A model generated the notes under the pieces. The model made no database searches. It saw nothing but the letters and a program-made list of their open reading frames with translations, and had not been told where the DNA came from. The position numbers were made by a program, and so were the translations under genes. This document shows positions 1 to 8,942 of a stretch of DNA of 64,000 nt, piece after piece (position 1 is the stretch's first letter; each line of letters opens with the position of its first letter). The stretch is from assembly GCA_965248445.1 (NCBI GenBank), contig CBDFJG010000003.1:608001-672000 (forward strand), written 5' to 3'. The DNA comes from Planctomycetota bacterium (GTDB lineage: Bacteria; Planctomycetota; JAJSAM01; JAJVHW01).

Positions 1-191
1 ATCTTGTGCGTCTTGATCGCGTTCTCGATGTTGATGATCTGCGCCTTCGTTGTTTGGATGTTGGCGACCTTCAGTCGGCCCACGACGTTGACGCCTACGA
101 TGCCGGCCAGCAGGCCGATGATCGTGATCACGACCATCAACTCGATCAGCGAGAAGCCGGCGGAGGGCCGGCGACGATCACAGTTGCGCAT
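1..191 (-). CDS. gspG: Type II secretion major pseudopilin GspG-like protein, 5' part (runs off window edge; absent from ORF track)
   Basis: Manual translation MRNCDRRRPSAG|FSLIELMVVITIIGLLAGIVGVNVVGRLKVANIQTTKAQIINIENAIKTHK shows a class III prepilin cleavage motif with Glu+5. AGGAGG RBS upstream; directly downstream of gspF. Confidence 0.88.
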   Translation of the reverse strand, partial: MRNCDRRRPSAGFSLIELMVVITIIGLLAGIVGVNVVGRLKVANIQTTKAQIINIENAIKTHK

Positions 192-232
192 GTCAGTACC
201 TCCTGAGGCGAACCGTAGGTCCGCTCTCTCCT

Positions 233-1465
233 TTAGACGCCTGCCGCCTGCCCGATCTGCAGGATGGGCAGCAGAATAGCGATCACGATGAATCCGATGA
301 CCAGCGCGAGGGCAATGATCAGGATCGGCTCGACCATGGAGGTCACCTTCTGAGACGTGATCTCGACCTCGTCGTCGTAGGACTCGGCGACGCGGCCGAG
401 CATCTCCTCGAGCGTACCGGCCTGCTCCCCGACGGCGATCATGTAGCCCACGACAGGCGGGAACACGCCCGACTTCTTCACAGGACCCGAGATGTCGGCG
501 CCCTCCACGATCTTGTCGTGGATCTCGCCGACCACGCGGGCCATCACGGTGTTGCCGACGATCCCCTTGACGATGTTGAGGGCGTTCAGCGCGGGAATGC
601 CGCTCTTCAGGAGCGTAGACAGCGTCACGCAGAAGCGCGACACGCTGACCTTCTTGAACAGGTCGCCGAGCACGGGCAGCCGCAGCCGGAACTTGTCGAA
701 GCGATAGCGGAACTCCTCGCTGCGCAGCGCCATCTTGAACGCCATGAACGCGCCGACCATCGCGAGGAGGATGACCCACCACCAGTCGCCGACGAACGAG
801 CTGACGGCGACGAGGATCTCGGTTGGGAGGGGCAGGTCGCCGCTCTTGCCGTGGCCCTTCCTGAGCAGCCGCAGGATGCGCGGCACGACGAACGTCATCA
901 GGACGATGACCACGATGACACCGAACGAGATCAACACCACTGGGTACGCCATCGACGCCTTGAGCTTGGCGCGCATGCGGTCTTGCTTCTGATTGAAGTC
1001 CGCGAGGCGGGTCAGGATCTCGTCCAGGTTTCCGGCGGCCTCGCCGGCCTTGACCATGTTGACGAACAACTCGTCGAAGTAGCCAGGGTGGTTCGCCAGC
1101 GCCTCCGCGAACCCGGCGCCCTGTGTCACGCGCTCGCGAATGTCGCGCAGCACGATCTCGAGGTCGGCGTGCCCGGCCTGCTCCACGAGCGCTGTGAGGC
1201 ACGAGGCGAGGGGGATTCCCGAGCGCAGCATGGTGGCGAGCTGCCGCGTGAGCAGTGTGATCGCCTCGCGATGCCGCCGCTGCAGGAATGCGGGCAGGAA
1301 GCGCCGCGCACTGCTGACCTGCAGCGTGTCGAGCGGCTCGAGCTCCGTGACGTGGACGCGCAGGGCACGGAGCTGGCCACGCGCCTCCTTCGGAGAGTCG
1401 GCGTCGACGATCCCCGTACGGCCCGCCCCGCCGCTGTCGTAGCCCTTGTACTGGTAGACCGGCAT
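233..1465 (-). CDS. gspF: Type II secretion system inner-membrane platform protein GspF/PilC
   Basis: TRQLATMLRSGIPL, MVKAGEAAGNLD, AMAYP-like and VGEQAGTLEEML segments, two T2SSF repeats, three TM helices; lies between gspE and gspG. Confidence 0.95.
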   Translation of the reverse strand: MPVYQYKGYDSGGAGRTGIVDADSPKEARGQLRALRVHVTELEPLDTLQVSSARRFLPAFLQRRHREAITLLTRQLATMLRSGIPLASCLTALVEQAGHADLEIVLRDIRERVTQGAGFAEALANHPGYFDELFVNMVKAGEAAGNLDEILTRLADFNQKQDRMRAKLKASMAYPVVLISFGVIVVIVLMTFVVPRILRLLRKGHGKSGDLPLPTEILVAVSSFVGDWWWVILLAMVGAFMAFKMALRSEEFRYRFDKFRLRLPVLGDLFKKVSVSRFCVTLSTLLKSGIPALNALNIVKGIVGNTVMARVVGEIHDKIVEGADISGPVKKSGVFPPVVGYMIAVGEQAGTLEEMLGRVAESYDDEVEITSQKVTSMVEPILIIALALVIGFIVIAILLPILQIGQAAGV

Positions 1466-1478
1466 CTACTGTTGGCCC

Positions 1479-3188
1479 TCAGAGCAGGTCGAGCTGCGTT
1501 ACGCGCAGCACTTCGCCGACGGTCGTCATGCCGGCCCGCACCTTGCGGGCTCCGTCCATGCGCAACGTGGTGCAGCCGCGGTCGATCGAGGCGCGCTTGA
1601 TCTTCGAAGCGGACTCGCGGTTCATGATCTGTTCCTTGACCTCTTCGCCGACCGGCAGCACTTCGTAGATGGCGGTGCGGTCCAGGTAGCCGGTCTGGAA
1701 GCAGTTCGCGCAGCCGGCGCCGCGCCACATCTTGGATTCGGGGAGCTCTTGCAGCCGCAGGCCGATGTCCTCGAGTTCCACGAGGTCAGCGGCGGTCGGA
1801 TCGAAGCTCTCCTTGCACTCGTCGCAGATCATGCGAACGAGACGTTGTGCGATGACGACGAGCACGGACGACGCCACGAGGTACGGCTCGACCTCGAAGT
1901 TCAGCATGCGCGCGACCGCGCCGGCGGCGTCGTTGGTGTGCAGCGTCGAGTAGACCAGGTGGCCGGTGAGTGCGGCCTGAGTTGCGATCTTCGCGGTCTC
2001 TTCGTCTCGAATTTCACCGACCATCAGCACGTCAGGGTCCTGGCGCATCAGGCTGCGCAGACCGGTCGCGAACGTCAGGCCCTTCTTGTTGTTGACCTGG
2101 ATCTGACTGATGTCGTCGAGGTGGTACTCGATCGGGTCTTCGATCGTGATGCAGTTCTTCTCCGCGGAGTTGATCTCGGAGAGCACCGCGTAGAGCGTCG
2201 TCGTCTTGCCCGAACCGGTCGGCCCGGTCACCAGGATGATCCCGTGCGTGTACCGGATGAAGCGGCGCAGCATTTTGAGGTTCTCGGCGTTGAGTCCGAG
2301 TTCCTCCATGCTCAGCACGCGGGCAGTCATGTCGAGCAGACGCATGACGATTCGTTCGCCGTTGCTGGTGGGAACGGACGAGATGCGGACGTCGACCTCG
2401 CCGTCGCCGAGCTTGATGGTCGCGCGGCCGTCCTGCGGCAGCCGACGCTCCGCGATGTCCATCTTGCCCATGATCTTGATGCGCGAGACGACCGCGTCCT
2501 GCACTCGCTTGGGGATCGCCTCCATGTCGTACAGGATGCCGTCGATCCGGTTGCGGACCTGGAGCCGGTCTTCGTACGGGTGCAGGTGCACGTCCGACGC
2601 ACGCATCTTGAGCGCCTGGAACAGGATCATGTTGACCAGCTTGATGATCGGCGCCTTGTTGGCAACGTCGAGGATGTCCTCGGCGGCGTCGACGTCGGCC
2701 GTGAGCTGATCGATGTCCTCTTCGTCGAGGCCGGTCAGCGCCTCGTCGACGACGTCGGCCTTGCGCTTGTATGCGTGGTTGATCAGGTTCGTGATCTCGA
2801 CGCGCGGCGCGAGCACCGGCTCGATCTCTGTGCGCAGCATCGAGGACAGGTCGTCGATCGAGTTGGTCTCGAACGGCGAACACGTTGCGACGCGCATCCC
2901 GTGGGCGTCGGAGTCGATCGCGATCACGTTGTAGCTGCGTGCAAAGTGCACGGGGACGTTGTTCACGAACTCCGCCGGCACGTCGATCTTGGTGAGGTTC
3001 TCCACGACGTCGAGCCCGAGCACCCGCCCGAACGCGCGCAGCATGTCCACTTCGGTGAGGTAGCCCTTCTGGAGGAAGAGCCGGTCGAGCGGCTCTCCGG
3101 TCGCGCGCTCCTCGCGGACGCACTCCTCGAATCGCTCTCCCGAGAGGAGGTCACGGTCGATCAGCAGGGTTCGAAGCTGTTCGTGCAT
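1479..3188 (-). CDS. gspE: Type II secretion ATPase GspE/PilB
   Basis: Walker A GPTGSGKTT, TIEDPIEY, Walker B LMVGEIRD, His box STLHTND, tetracysteine CDEC...CANC. Start placed at MHEQLR (3188). Confidence 0.95.
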   Translation of the reverse strand: MHEQLRTLLIDRDLLSGERFEECVREERATGEPLDRLFLQKGYLTEVDMLRAFGRVLGLDVVENLTKIDVPAEFVNNVPVHFARSYNVIAIDSDAHGMRVATCSPFETNSIDDLSSMLRTEIEPVLAPRVEITNLINHAYKRKADVVDEALTGLDEEDIDQLTADVDAAEDILDVANKAPIIKLVNMILFQALKMRASDVHLHPYEDRLQVRNRIDGILYDMEAIPKRVQDAVVSRIKIMGKMDIAERRLPQDGRATIKLGDGEVDVRISSVPTSNGERIVMRLLDMTARVLSMEELGLNAENLKMLRRFIRYTHGIILVTGPTGSGKTTTLYAVLSEINSAEKNCITIEDPIEYHLDDISQIQVNNKKGLTFATGLRSLMRQDPDVLMVGEIRDEETAKIATQAALTGHLVYSTLHTNDAAGAVARMLNFEVEPYLVASSVLVVIAQRLVRMICDECKESFDPTAADLVELEDIGLRLQELPESKMWRGAGCANCFQTGYLDRTAIYEVLPVGEEVKEQIMNRESASKIKRASIDRGCTTLRMDGARKVRAGMTTVGEVLRVTQLDLL

Positions 3189-3198
3189 GGTGTTTCGA

Positions 3199-5532
3199 TC
3201 AGCGGTCGTTGGTCGGGGTCGGAAGCTCCGCACCGCGGCCGGCTGCGCGAGCCGCATCGCGCGCAGCGCGAATACGCTCCTGCTCTGTCACCGGCGCCTT
3301 GAGGCGCGCGGCGTCGAGAGCACCGGATCTCTCGATGATGCGGGCGCGCTCCGCGGCCGAGATGCGGCTCGGATCGACGAAGTTGCCGCCGATGATGCCG
3401 AGTTCGCTTCCGAACAGATCCTCGCTCAGCAGCTTCTTCTCCCACGTGAGCCGCACGTAGTCCTCGAAGCGCTCCGTGTCGCGAAGGATGCGCGGCGTCA
3501 CGAACAGGAACAGGTGCGACGGAGATGAGGAGTCCGAGGACGACCGGAAGAGGAACCCGAAGATGGGGATGTCGCCCAGGATCGGGACCTTCGAGACGCT
3601 CGAACGCTCTTCTTCCTGCACCAGGCCGCCGAGCACGACCGTGTAGCGGTCGGGCAGCGTGACGTTCGTCGAAATGTCGCGGCTGACCTGGTCCGGTGGC
3701 GCATCCGGCGCAGGGCGCGTTCCGAAGTTCTGCACGGACTGCGTGATGACGAGACGCAGGTAGTTGTCGCTCGCGATCGTCGGCGAGATCGTCAGGTTCG
3801 TCGTCGCCGTGACGGTGTCGAAACTGTCGCGCCTGTCGCCGGTGTCGTCGCGGATGCTCTGTCGGAACGAGGTGGTGCGCTCGAACGTGAGCGTCGCCTC
3901 CTTGTTGTCGTTCGTCACGACGCTGGGCATCGTCAGGATCTTGGCGCGACCGGAAGACTGGAGGGCCGTGAGCAGAACGGGCAGCCGGCCGTCCTTGAAG
4001 ATGCCGGCGGTGAAGCCGGTGCCGAGGATCGGGCTGCGCCCGGGCACGGTCACGCCGTTGATCACCTCTTCGGTCGGAGTGCTCAGTCCGAACGTGGATG
4101 CGCCGAACAGCTTGCGCTCGCTCGTGAGCGAGTCGGCCACACCGTCGCCGTCGGTGTCCACCCCGATGTCGTTGTTGCTCGCGAACAACTCGACGCCGAG
4201 CGCCAGTGAGTCGTCGATGGCCAGTTCGACGAGCGCGGTCTCGATCAGCACCTGTGGGCGGCTCTGGTCGAGGCGCGTGATCAGCTGGTCGATGGAGTCG
4301 TACTGCGTCGGGCTTGCGTGGATGATCAGGCTGTTCGAGCGATTGTCCGCGATGATCACAGCGTCGCCCTCGCCGACGCCGCCGCCGAACGCGCTCTGCT
4401 GCGCGCCCTGGTTCGAGGTGTTCGGACGGTTGCGGTTCGTGGTGTTCCGCCGCGAGCCGGAGGTGGAGCGGGTACCGCCGCCCACGACGCCGGTCCGCTC
4501 GATCAAGTCCGAGATCGTGGCGGCCATCTCGTCGGCATCGGTGTGCTTGAGAGGACGGAAGTGGATGCGTTGGCGTCGGTTCGCGTTCGGGACGTCGAGC
4601 GTGTGGATCAGTTCCTTGATCCTCCGCATGTGCGAATCGACCGCGTAGATGATCAGGGCGTCGAGTCGCGGGTCCGCGATGATCTTCGGCTCCGGCTCCT
4701 GCTGGGGCGTCGTCTGGTTGCGGTTCCGCGGCGGCTGGCCGGCGACGACGCTCTGCTCGATGAGTTCCGAGATGATCGGCTCGAGCTCCGAGGCGACGGC
4801 GTGGTACAGCTGCACCACTTCCATGCGTGGCTCGATGTTGACGTTCGGGACGTCGATGAAGTCGAGCAGCCGCTTCATGGCGGCGACGATCGGGGCGAAG
4901 TCACCGACGATCACGGCGCGATGCCCCGGGATGTCGTTCATGCGCCCGAGGCCGGCGGTCTTCGTCGACAGTTGCGAGAGCGCCTGGCGCACGCGGCCGA
5001 CGTCCTTGATGTGCTTGAGTGTGAACGTCGTGACGACGTAGAGGCCGTCGCGCTCGGCGTACTTGAGGATCTCGTTCTCTGCGAGGTAGAGGGGATGCGA
5101 CGTGAGGTTCGCGTTCGCGGAGTCGAGCGCGAACCACTGCTGCTGCCCGCTGGCGCCCGGAGGACCGACCGGCACGAGCACGAGACCGTGGTACGAGAGC
5201 ACCGCCTGCAGCCAGTAGAAGAGCTCGCCTTCCTGGATGCGGTGGGGCCCCGTCCACTCGACGGTCTTGTTCTTGACGATCTGGGTGCCCGATTCGAACA
5301 GGATCGAGCGGCCGGTCGCCTGCGCGATCGCGTCGAACAGGTCGCGGATGGGCCAGCCCTTGCCGCCGGGGTGGGGCTTCAGGATGACGTAGTTGCCCTC
5401 TTTCCGGATGTCCGGTTGTTCGCCGTCCTGGGCGAACGCGGGGGCGGCGACGGCAGCCAGGAGTCCGGCAGCCACGAGGGCCACGCTGCGGAGCATCCTG
5501 GGAACGGCACGGACAGGTCGATTTCGGCTCAT
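3199..5532 (-). CDS. gspD: Secretin GspD-like outer-membrane channel
   Basis: Signal peptide (VALVAAGLLAAVAAPAFA), N-domain repeats (IIADPRLDALII, IIADNRSNSLII), secretin C-domain (QVLIETALVE, VVLGGLV, KVPILGDIPIFGFLFRS). Start is 5532 or 5496. Confidence 0.92.
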   Translation of the reverse strand: MSRNRPVRAVPRMLRSVALVAAGLLAAVAAPAFAQDGEQPDIRKEGNYVILKPHPGGKGWPIRDLFDAIAQATGRSILFESGTQIVKNKTVEWTGPHRIQEGELFYWLQAVLSYHGLVLVPVGPPGASGQQQWFALDSANANLTSHPLYLAENEILKYAERDGLYVVTTFTLKHIKDVGRVRQALSQLSTKTAGLGRMNDIPGHRAVIVGDFAPIVAAMKRLLDFIDVPNVNIEPRMEVVQLYHAVASELEPIISELIEQSVVAGQPPRNRNQTTPQQEPEPKIIADPRLDALIIYAVDSHMRRIKELIHTLDVPNANRRQRIHFRPLKHTDADEMAATISDLIERTGVVGGGTRSTSGSRRNTTNRNRPNTSNQGAQQSAFGGGVGEGDAVIIADNRSNSLIIHASPTQYDSIDQLITRLDQSRPQVLIETALVELAIDDSLALGVELFASNNDIGVDTDGDGVADSLTSERKLFGASTFGLSTPTEEVINGVTVPGRSPILGTGFTAGIFKDGRLPVLLTALQSSGRAKILTMPSVVTNDNKEATLTFERTTSFRQSIRDDTGDRRDSFDTVTATTNLTISPTIASDNYLRLVITQSVQNFGTRPAPDAPPDQVSRDISTNVTLPDRYTVVLGGLVQEEERSSVSKVPILGDIPIFGFLFRSSSDSSSPSHLFLFVTPRILRDTERFEDYVRLTWEKKLLSEDLFGSELGIIGGNFVDPSRISAAERARIIERSGALDAARLKAPVTEQERIRAARDAARAAGRGAELPTPTNDR

Positions 5533-5813
5533 GGTTCTGCTCGAGTCTCCCGACGGTCTTCCCAGCTCGCGTCCCTGGCCTCTCGCGCTCTTCACGATCG
5601 AGGGTGGCGGGGTCGGACCGGCTCGGCCGAGGGTACGCAAGCCCGGGCCGGTCGCGAAGTTGGACGTCGGGGGAGGCGGGGTATTCCCCTCGGGCTTCCT
5701 TCCCAGCCGCAGCCTCCAGGGCTACGCTTTGGGGTTCCCGGTACCAGGGCACTGGATCCGGGACCCGATGGGCAGTCGCCCCCGGATCAGAAGGCGCACT
5801 TCAAGGAGGCCGT

Positions 5814-6041
5814 ATGGCCGTTCGTATCGTGGTCAAGAACGGGGAGCCGCTGGAGAAGACCCTCCGCCGGCTTCGCAAGATCTGCAACAACGAGGGGCTG
5901 ACCCGCGACATCAAGCGGTCCTCGATCTACGAGAAGCCCAGCGAGCAGCGCCGCCGCAAGGAGCGTGAGCGCCAGAAGGCCCTCCGCCAGGCCCTGAAGA
6001 AGGCGGCGGGCAAGGGCAAGAAGAAGCCCCCACGCCGTTGA
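5814..6041 (+). CDS. rpsU: 30S ribosomal protein bS21
   Basis: MAVRIVVKNGEPLEKTLRRLRK...YEKPSEQRRRK; AAGGAGG RBS at 5803-5809. The true start lies inside ORF 5604..6041. Confidence 0.93.
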   Translation: MAVRIVVKNGEPLEKTLRRLRKICNNEGLTRDIKRSSIYEKPSEQRRRKERERQKALRQALKKAAGKGKKKPPRR

Positions 6042-6090
6042 TCCCGGGCGTCCGCGCAGCGTTTCCTATGCCGATCGCTAACGTGAGGCG

Positions 6091-6522
6091 ATGAGGATTG
6101 CGCTCGCCTGCGACCACGCGGCCTACGAGGAAAAGGCCGCGGTCAAAGCCCATCTCGAGGGGCGCGGCCACGAGGTGCACGACTTCGGGACAGACGGTCC
6201 CGACAGCGTGGACTATCCGGACCACGCCGAACCCGCCGCGCGCGCCGTCGCTTCCGGCGAAGCCGACCGCGCCGTCCTCATCTGCGGCACCGGCATCGGA
6301 CAGAGCATGTCCGCCAACCGCATCAAGGGCTGTCGCGCCGCCGTTCTCTGGAACGCCGCGAGCGCCGAGATGAGCCGCCGTCACAACAACGCCAACGTGG
6401 CGTGCTTCGGCGCCCGTCTCCAGACGCTCGACGACATCCTGCGCATTCTCGACATGTGGCTGACCACGCCGTTCGACGGCGGCCGCCACGAGCGCCGGGT
6501 CGCCAAGATCGAAGCGCTGTAG
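6091..6522 (+). CDS. rpiB: Ribose-5-phosphate isomerase B
   Basis: MRIALACDHA, SVDYPD, CGTGIG, SRRHNNAN, FDGGRHERRV motifs. Confidence 0.96.
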   Translation: MRIALACDHAAYEEKAAVKAHLEGRGHEVHDFGTDGPDSVDYPDHAEPAARAVASGEADRAVLICGTGIGQSMSANRIKGCRAAVLWNAASAEMSRRHNNANVACFGARLQTLDDILRILDMWLTTPFDGGRHERRVAKIEAL

Positions 6523-6704
6523 GGAATCGACGGGATGGCGATCCAGCGCTGAGTCGGCGCGGTTACTCGAAGCGGAAGTGCTCCTTCGCCAGCCAGCGCT
6601 CGGGAAGCGTCGCGAGACCGTCGAGCACCGCGCGGGCCGCCTGCGCGCGCAGACACGGCTGACTCGATCGAGTGTAACGCGAGGCGGGGGCCGGCGGTTC
6701 GGAG

Positions 6705-7796
6705 CTAGAGCCGCCGTTCAGAGTCGGGCACGTACTCCGAACCGTCCCGTCGCGCGAGCGCGACGTCCAGGGACGCGAGGATGGGCCGCTTGTCGTGGGG
6801 GAGCGTTCCACCGATGGGCAGGTAGTTGCTCGAGTGGTTCGCGCGGAAGATCGTCCCGTCGCAGTCGAGGTGCGCGACGAACTCGCGCAGTTCTCGCGTG
6901 ATCTCGTGGGCGGTCATCGCCTCGACCTGACCGAGCGCGACCTGCTCGAAGAGGGGTGTGCCCTCGACGGGCGTCATCACGAGCGTGCTGACGTACGTCG
7001 GCCGGATCCCGTTGATCACGCGGGCGGACTCGCGAGCGTGCTCGAGCGAGAGTGAGAGCCCGCCGGCTCCTAGGAGGACCATGGTGGATAGCCCCACATC
7101 CGCGGCCCGTGCCTTCTGTCCGACGCGGATCATCTCGTCGGCATCGACACCCTTGGTCAGGCGCGCGAGGACCTCGTCGTGTCCGCTCTCGACGCCGAGG
7201 TAGTAGTGGGCGAGTCCCGCCTCACGCAGCCACTCCATCTGGGACACGGTTCGGATCTGCAGTGCCTGGGGCGAGGCGTAGCAACTCACGCGCTCGAGGT
7301 CCGGGAACGCAGCGCGGAGGGCGAGCAGTATCCCGTGCAAGTAGGAAGGCGGCGCGATCAGCGCGTCGCCATCGGTCAGGAAGACGCGGCGGACGTCTCG
7401 GGTGTGCTGCCGCACCGCGTCGATCTCCGCCGTCACGTCGGCCAGCCGCCGGACACGGAACTTCTTGTCGCGGTACATCCCGCAGAACGCGCACTCGTTG
7501 TAGCTGCAGCCGATCGTCGCTTGGACGACCAGGCTGCGGGCCTCGGACGGGGGCCGGTAGAGGGTGCCGGCGTAGTCGCCGGCGGTCGGATTTCGCCCGT
7601 CGACGCCGCTCGTGAGTGCGGTATCGGGGCGGCAGTGCCCGGTGGCGAGATGGCTGGTGGGCGCGACCTCCCGCTGCAGGAGCCGTTGTTCACGGCTTCT
7701 GCCCCCTTGTCCGCCGACATGCGGACTCGGGTCGCGGGCGTTCGGTTGCGCCGCTCGGCGCGGCGCGCCCTCACGGGGCGGGAGCTGCTGGGTCAT
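6705..7796 (-). CDS. Radical SAM superfamily protein (uncharacterised Fe-S oxidoreductase family)
   Basis: YRPPSEARSLVVQATIGCSYNECAFCGMY (Cx4Cx2C), VFLTDGDAL, YLGVESG, FRANHSSNYL. Start uncertain; ATG 7796 has a GGAG RBS. Confidence 0.85.
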   Translation of the reverse strand: MTQQLPPREGAPRRAAQPNARDPSPHVGGQGGRSREQRLLQREVAPTSHLATGHCRPDTALTSGVDGRNPTAGDYAGTLYRPPSEARSLVVQATIGCSYNECAFCGMYRDKKFRVRRLADVTAEIDAVRQHTRDVRRVFLTDGDALIAPPSYLHGILLALRAAFPDLERVSCYASPQALQIRTVSQMEWLREAGLAHYYLGVESGHDEVLARLTKGVDADEMIRVGQKARAADVGLSTMVLLGAGGLSLSLEHARESARVINGIRPTYVSTLVMTPVEGTPLFEQVALGQVEAMTAHEITRELREFVAHLDCDGTIFRANHSSNYLPIGGTLPHDKRPILASLDVALARRDGSEYVPDSERRL

Positions 7797-7836
7797 GGTC
7801 GTGGTCTCCGGCTCAACATGAGAGATGTGAGAAAGA

Positions 7837-7853
7837 ACTTTGCATCGCAAAGT
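7837..7853. promoter_or_regulatory. Putative operator palindrome ACTTTGC-N3-GCAAAGT upstream of the radical SAM gene
   Basis: Perfect 7-3-7 inverted repeat ACTTTGCATCGCAAAGT in an AT-rich patch; identical arms recur at 8899-8915. Confidence 0.75.
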
Positions 7854-7882
7854 AGATGGGCAAAAAAGAGAGAGGCGCGCAC

Positions 7883-8242
7883 TCAGCCTCCCCGGGTCGC
7901 GTGGATCAGCGCCTCCATGTGGTCGAGATAGCGCCCCAGGGCACGGCGTCCCTTGGCGGAGAGCCTGTACTCGGTGTGCGGTGTACGGCCCTGGAACGTC
8001 TTCTTGCAGAGGACGTAGCCGGCTTCTTCGAGCTTGCGCGCGTGCACGCTGAGGTTTCCGTCCGTCGCGCGCAGGATCTCCTTCAATTCAGTGAAGGACA
8101 GGCCCGCGTTGACCGCGAGTGCGCTGACGATGCCGAGCCGCACGCGCTCGTGGATGAGCTTGTCCAGCCCATCACCAGCGGATGCGAGACCGGCGAGACG
8201 ATCGAGGCGTGTCGGACGCTTGCGTTTGCGCTCAGCCCCCAT
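7883..8242 (-). CDS. Winged-helix (MarR/ArsR-like, HTH_34-type) transcriptional regulator
   Basis: LDKLIHERVRLGIVSAL...SFTELKEIL...TDGNLSVHARKLEEAGYV...TEYRLSAKGRRAL. Start MGAERK overlaps the upstream gene's stop. Confidence 0.9.
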   Translation of the reverse strand: MGAERKRKRPTRLDRLAGLASAGDGLDKLIHERVRLGIVSALAVNAGLSFTELKEILRATDGNLSVHARKLEEAGYVLCKKTFQGRTPHTEYRLSAKGRRALGRYLDHMEALIHATRGG

Positions 8243-8861
8243 GGTGCCTCGCGATCCAGAACCCGGAGAGCAGGTGAAGCCCGCCGAATCCGAGGACGAG
8301 CAGCGGCGTCCCCCAGGTTGCCGGCCCCACGGCGGCGACCGTTCCGAGCACCATGAAGGCGGCACCGGTGATCGGCACGACGGTGACGGAGTACGCGCCG
8401 CCCGTTACGACACCCGTGCCGTAGAGCAGCAACCAGACCGCGGGCAGCGCTTCCGTCATCCCCGCGCGATGGAGCACGACACTCAGCACGGCGCCCGCGA
8501 TGAGCGGGGGACAGAGGCCGAGCAGGAACTTGCGGCCCAGCCCCGAGAACAGCGGCACTCCCTCGCGGGATGCCTTGCGCGTCATCGCAAGTGCGCCGCC
8601 GCCGATGGCGATGGCCAGCGCGCACGACCAGGTCAGGAGCCACGCACCCGCCGGGACCTGACCCGCGGACACGAAACCCGCGACGATTGCGTAGAGCCCC
8701 ATGCCGACCGCACCCCAACCGGGCACCGCGGTGAAGCGCCCCGAGCGTTCAATCGTCGAGCGGATGTAGCGAAGGTCCGAGACCGCGCGGTCCCCGAGCG
8801 CGGGCGTTGCGCACGCATGAGGGGAGTCGTCGACCGGCGGGAGCTTGTGCAGCAGGGCCAT
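8232..8861 (-). CDS. Multi-pass membrane protein co-transcribed with the wHTH regulator
   Basis: About 6 hydrophobic helices after DLRYIRSTIERS; overlaps the regulator start by 11 nt. Confidence 0.8.
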   Translation of the reverse strand: MALLHKLPPVDDSPHACATPALGDRAVSDLRYIRSTIERSGRFTAVPGWGAVGMGLYAIVAGFVSAGQVPAGAWLLTWSCALAIAIGGGALAMTRKASREGVPLFSGLGRKFLLGLCPPLIAGAVLSVVLHRAGMTEALPAVWLLLYGTGVVTGGAYSVTVVPITGAAFMVLGTVAAVGPATWGTPLLVLGFGGLHLLSGFWIARHHGG

Positions 8862-8896
8862 ACCCGGATCATCGGCACGCCCCACGAAACGGTCAA
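8862..8896 (-). promoter_or_regulatory. Sigma70-like leaderless promoter TTGACC-N17-GATGAT-N6-ATG
   Basis: Read directly on the minus strand; the -35 box lies 2 bp from the operator palindrome. Confidence 0.55.
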
Positions 8897-8898
8897 GC

Positions 8899-8915
8899 AC
8901 TTTGCGTTGCAAAGT
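8899..8915. promoter_or_regulatory. Putative operator palindrome ACTTTGC-N3-GCAAAGT upstream of the membrane protein-regulator operon
   Basis: ACTTTGCGTTGCAAAGT, a perfect inverted repeat; second copy of the motif. Confidence 0.75.
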
Positions 8916-8942
8916 CTATCTGAGGCTCGGCCGCCGCCGCTG

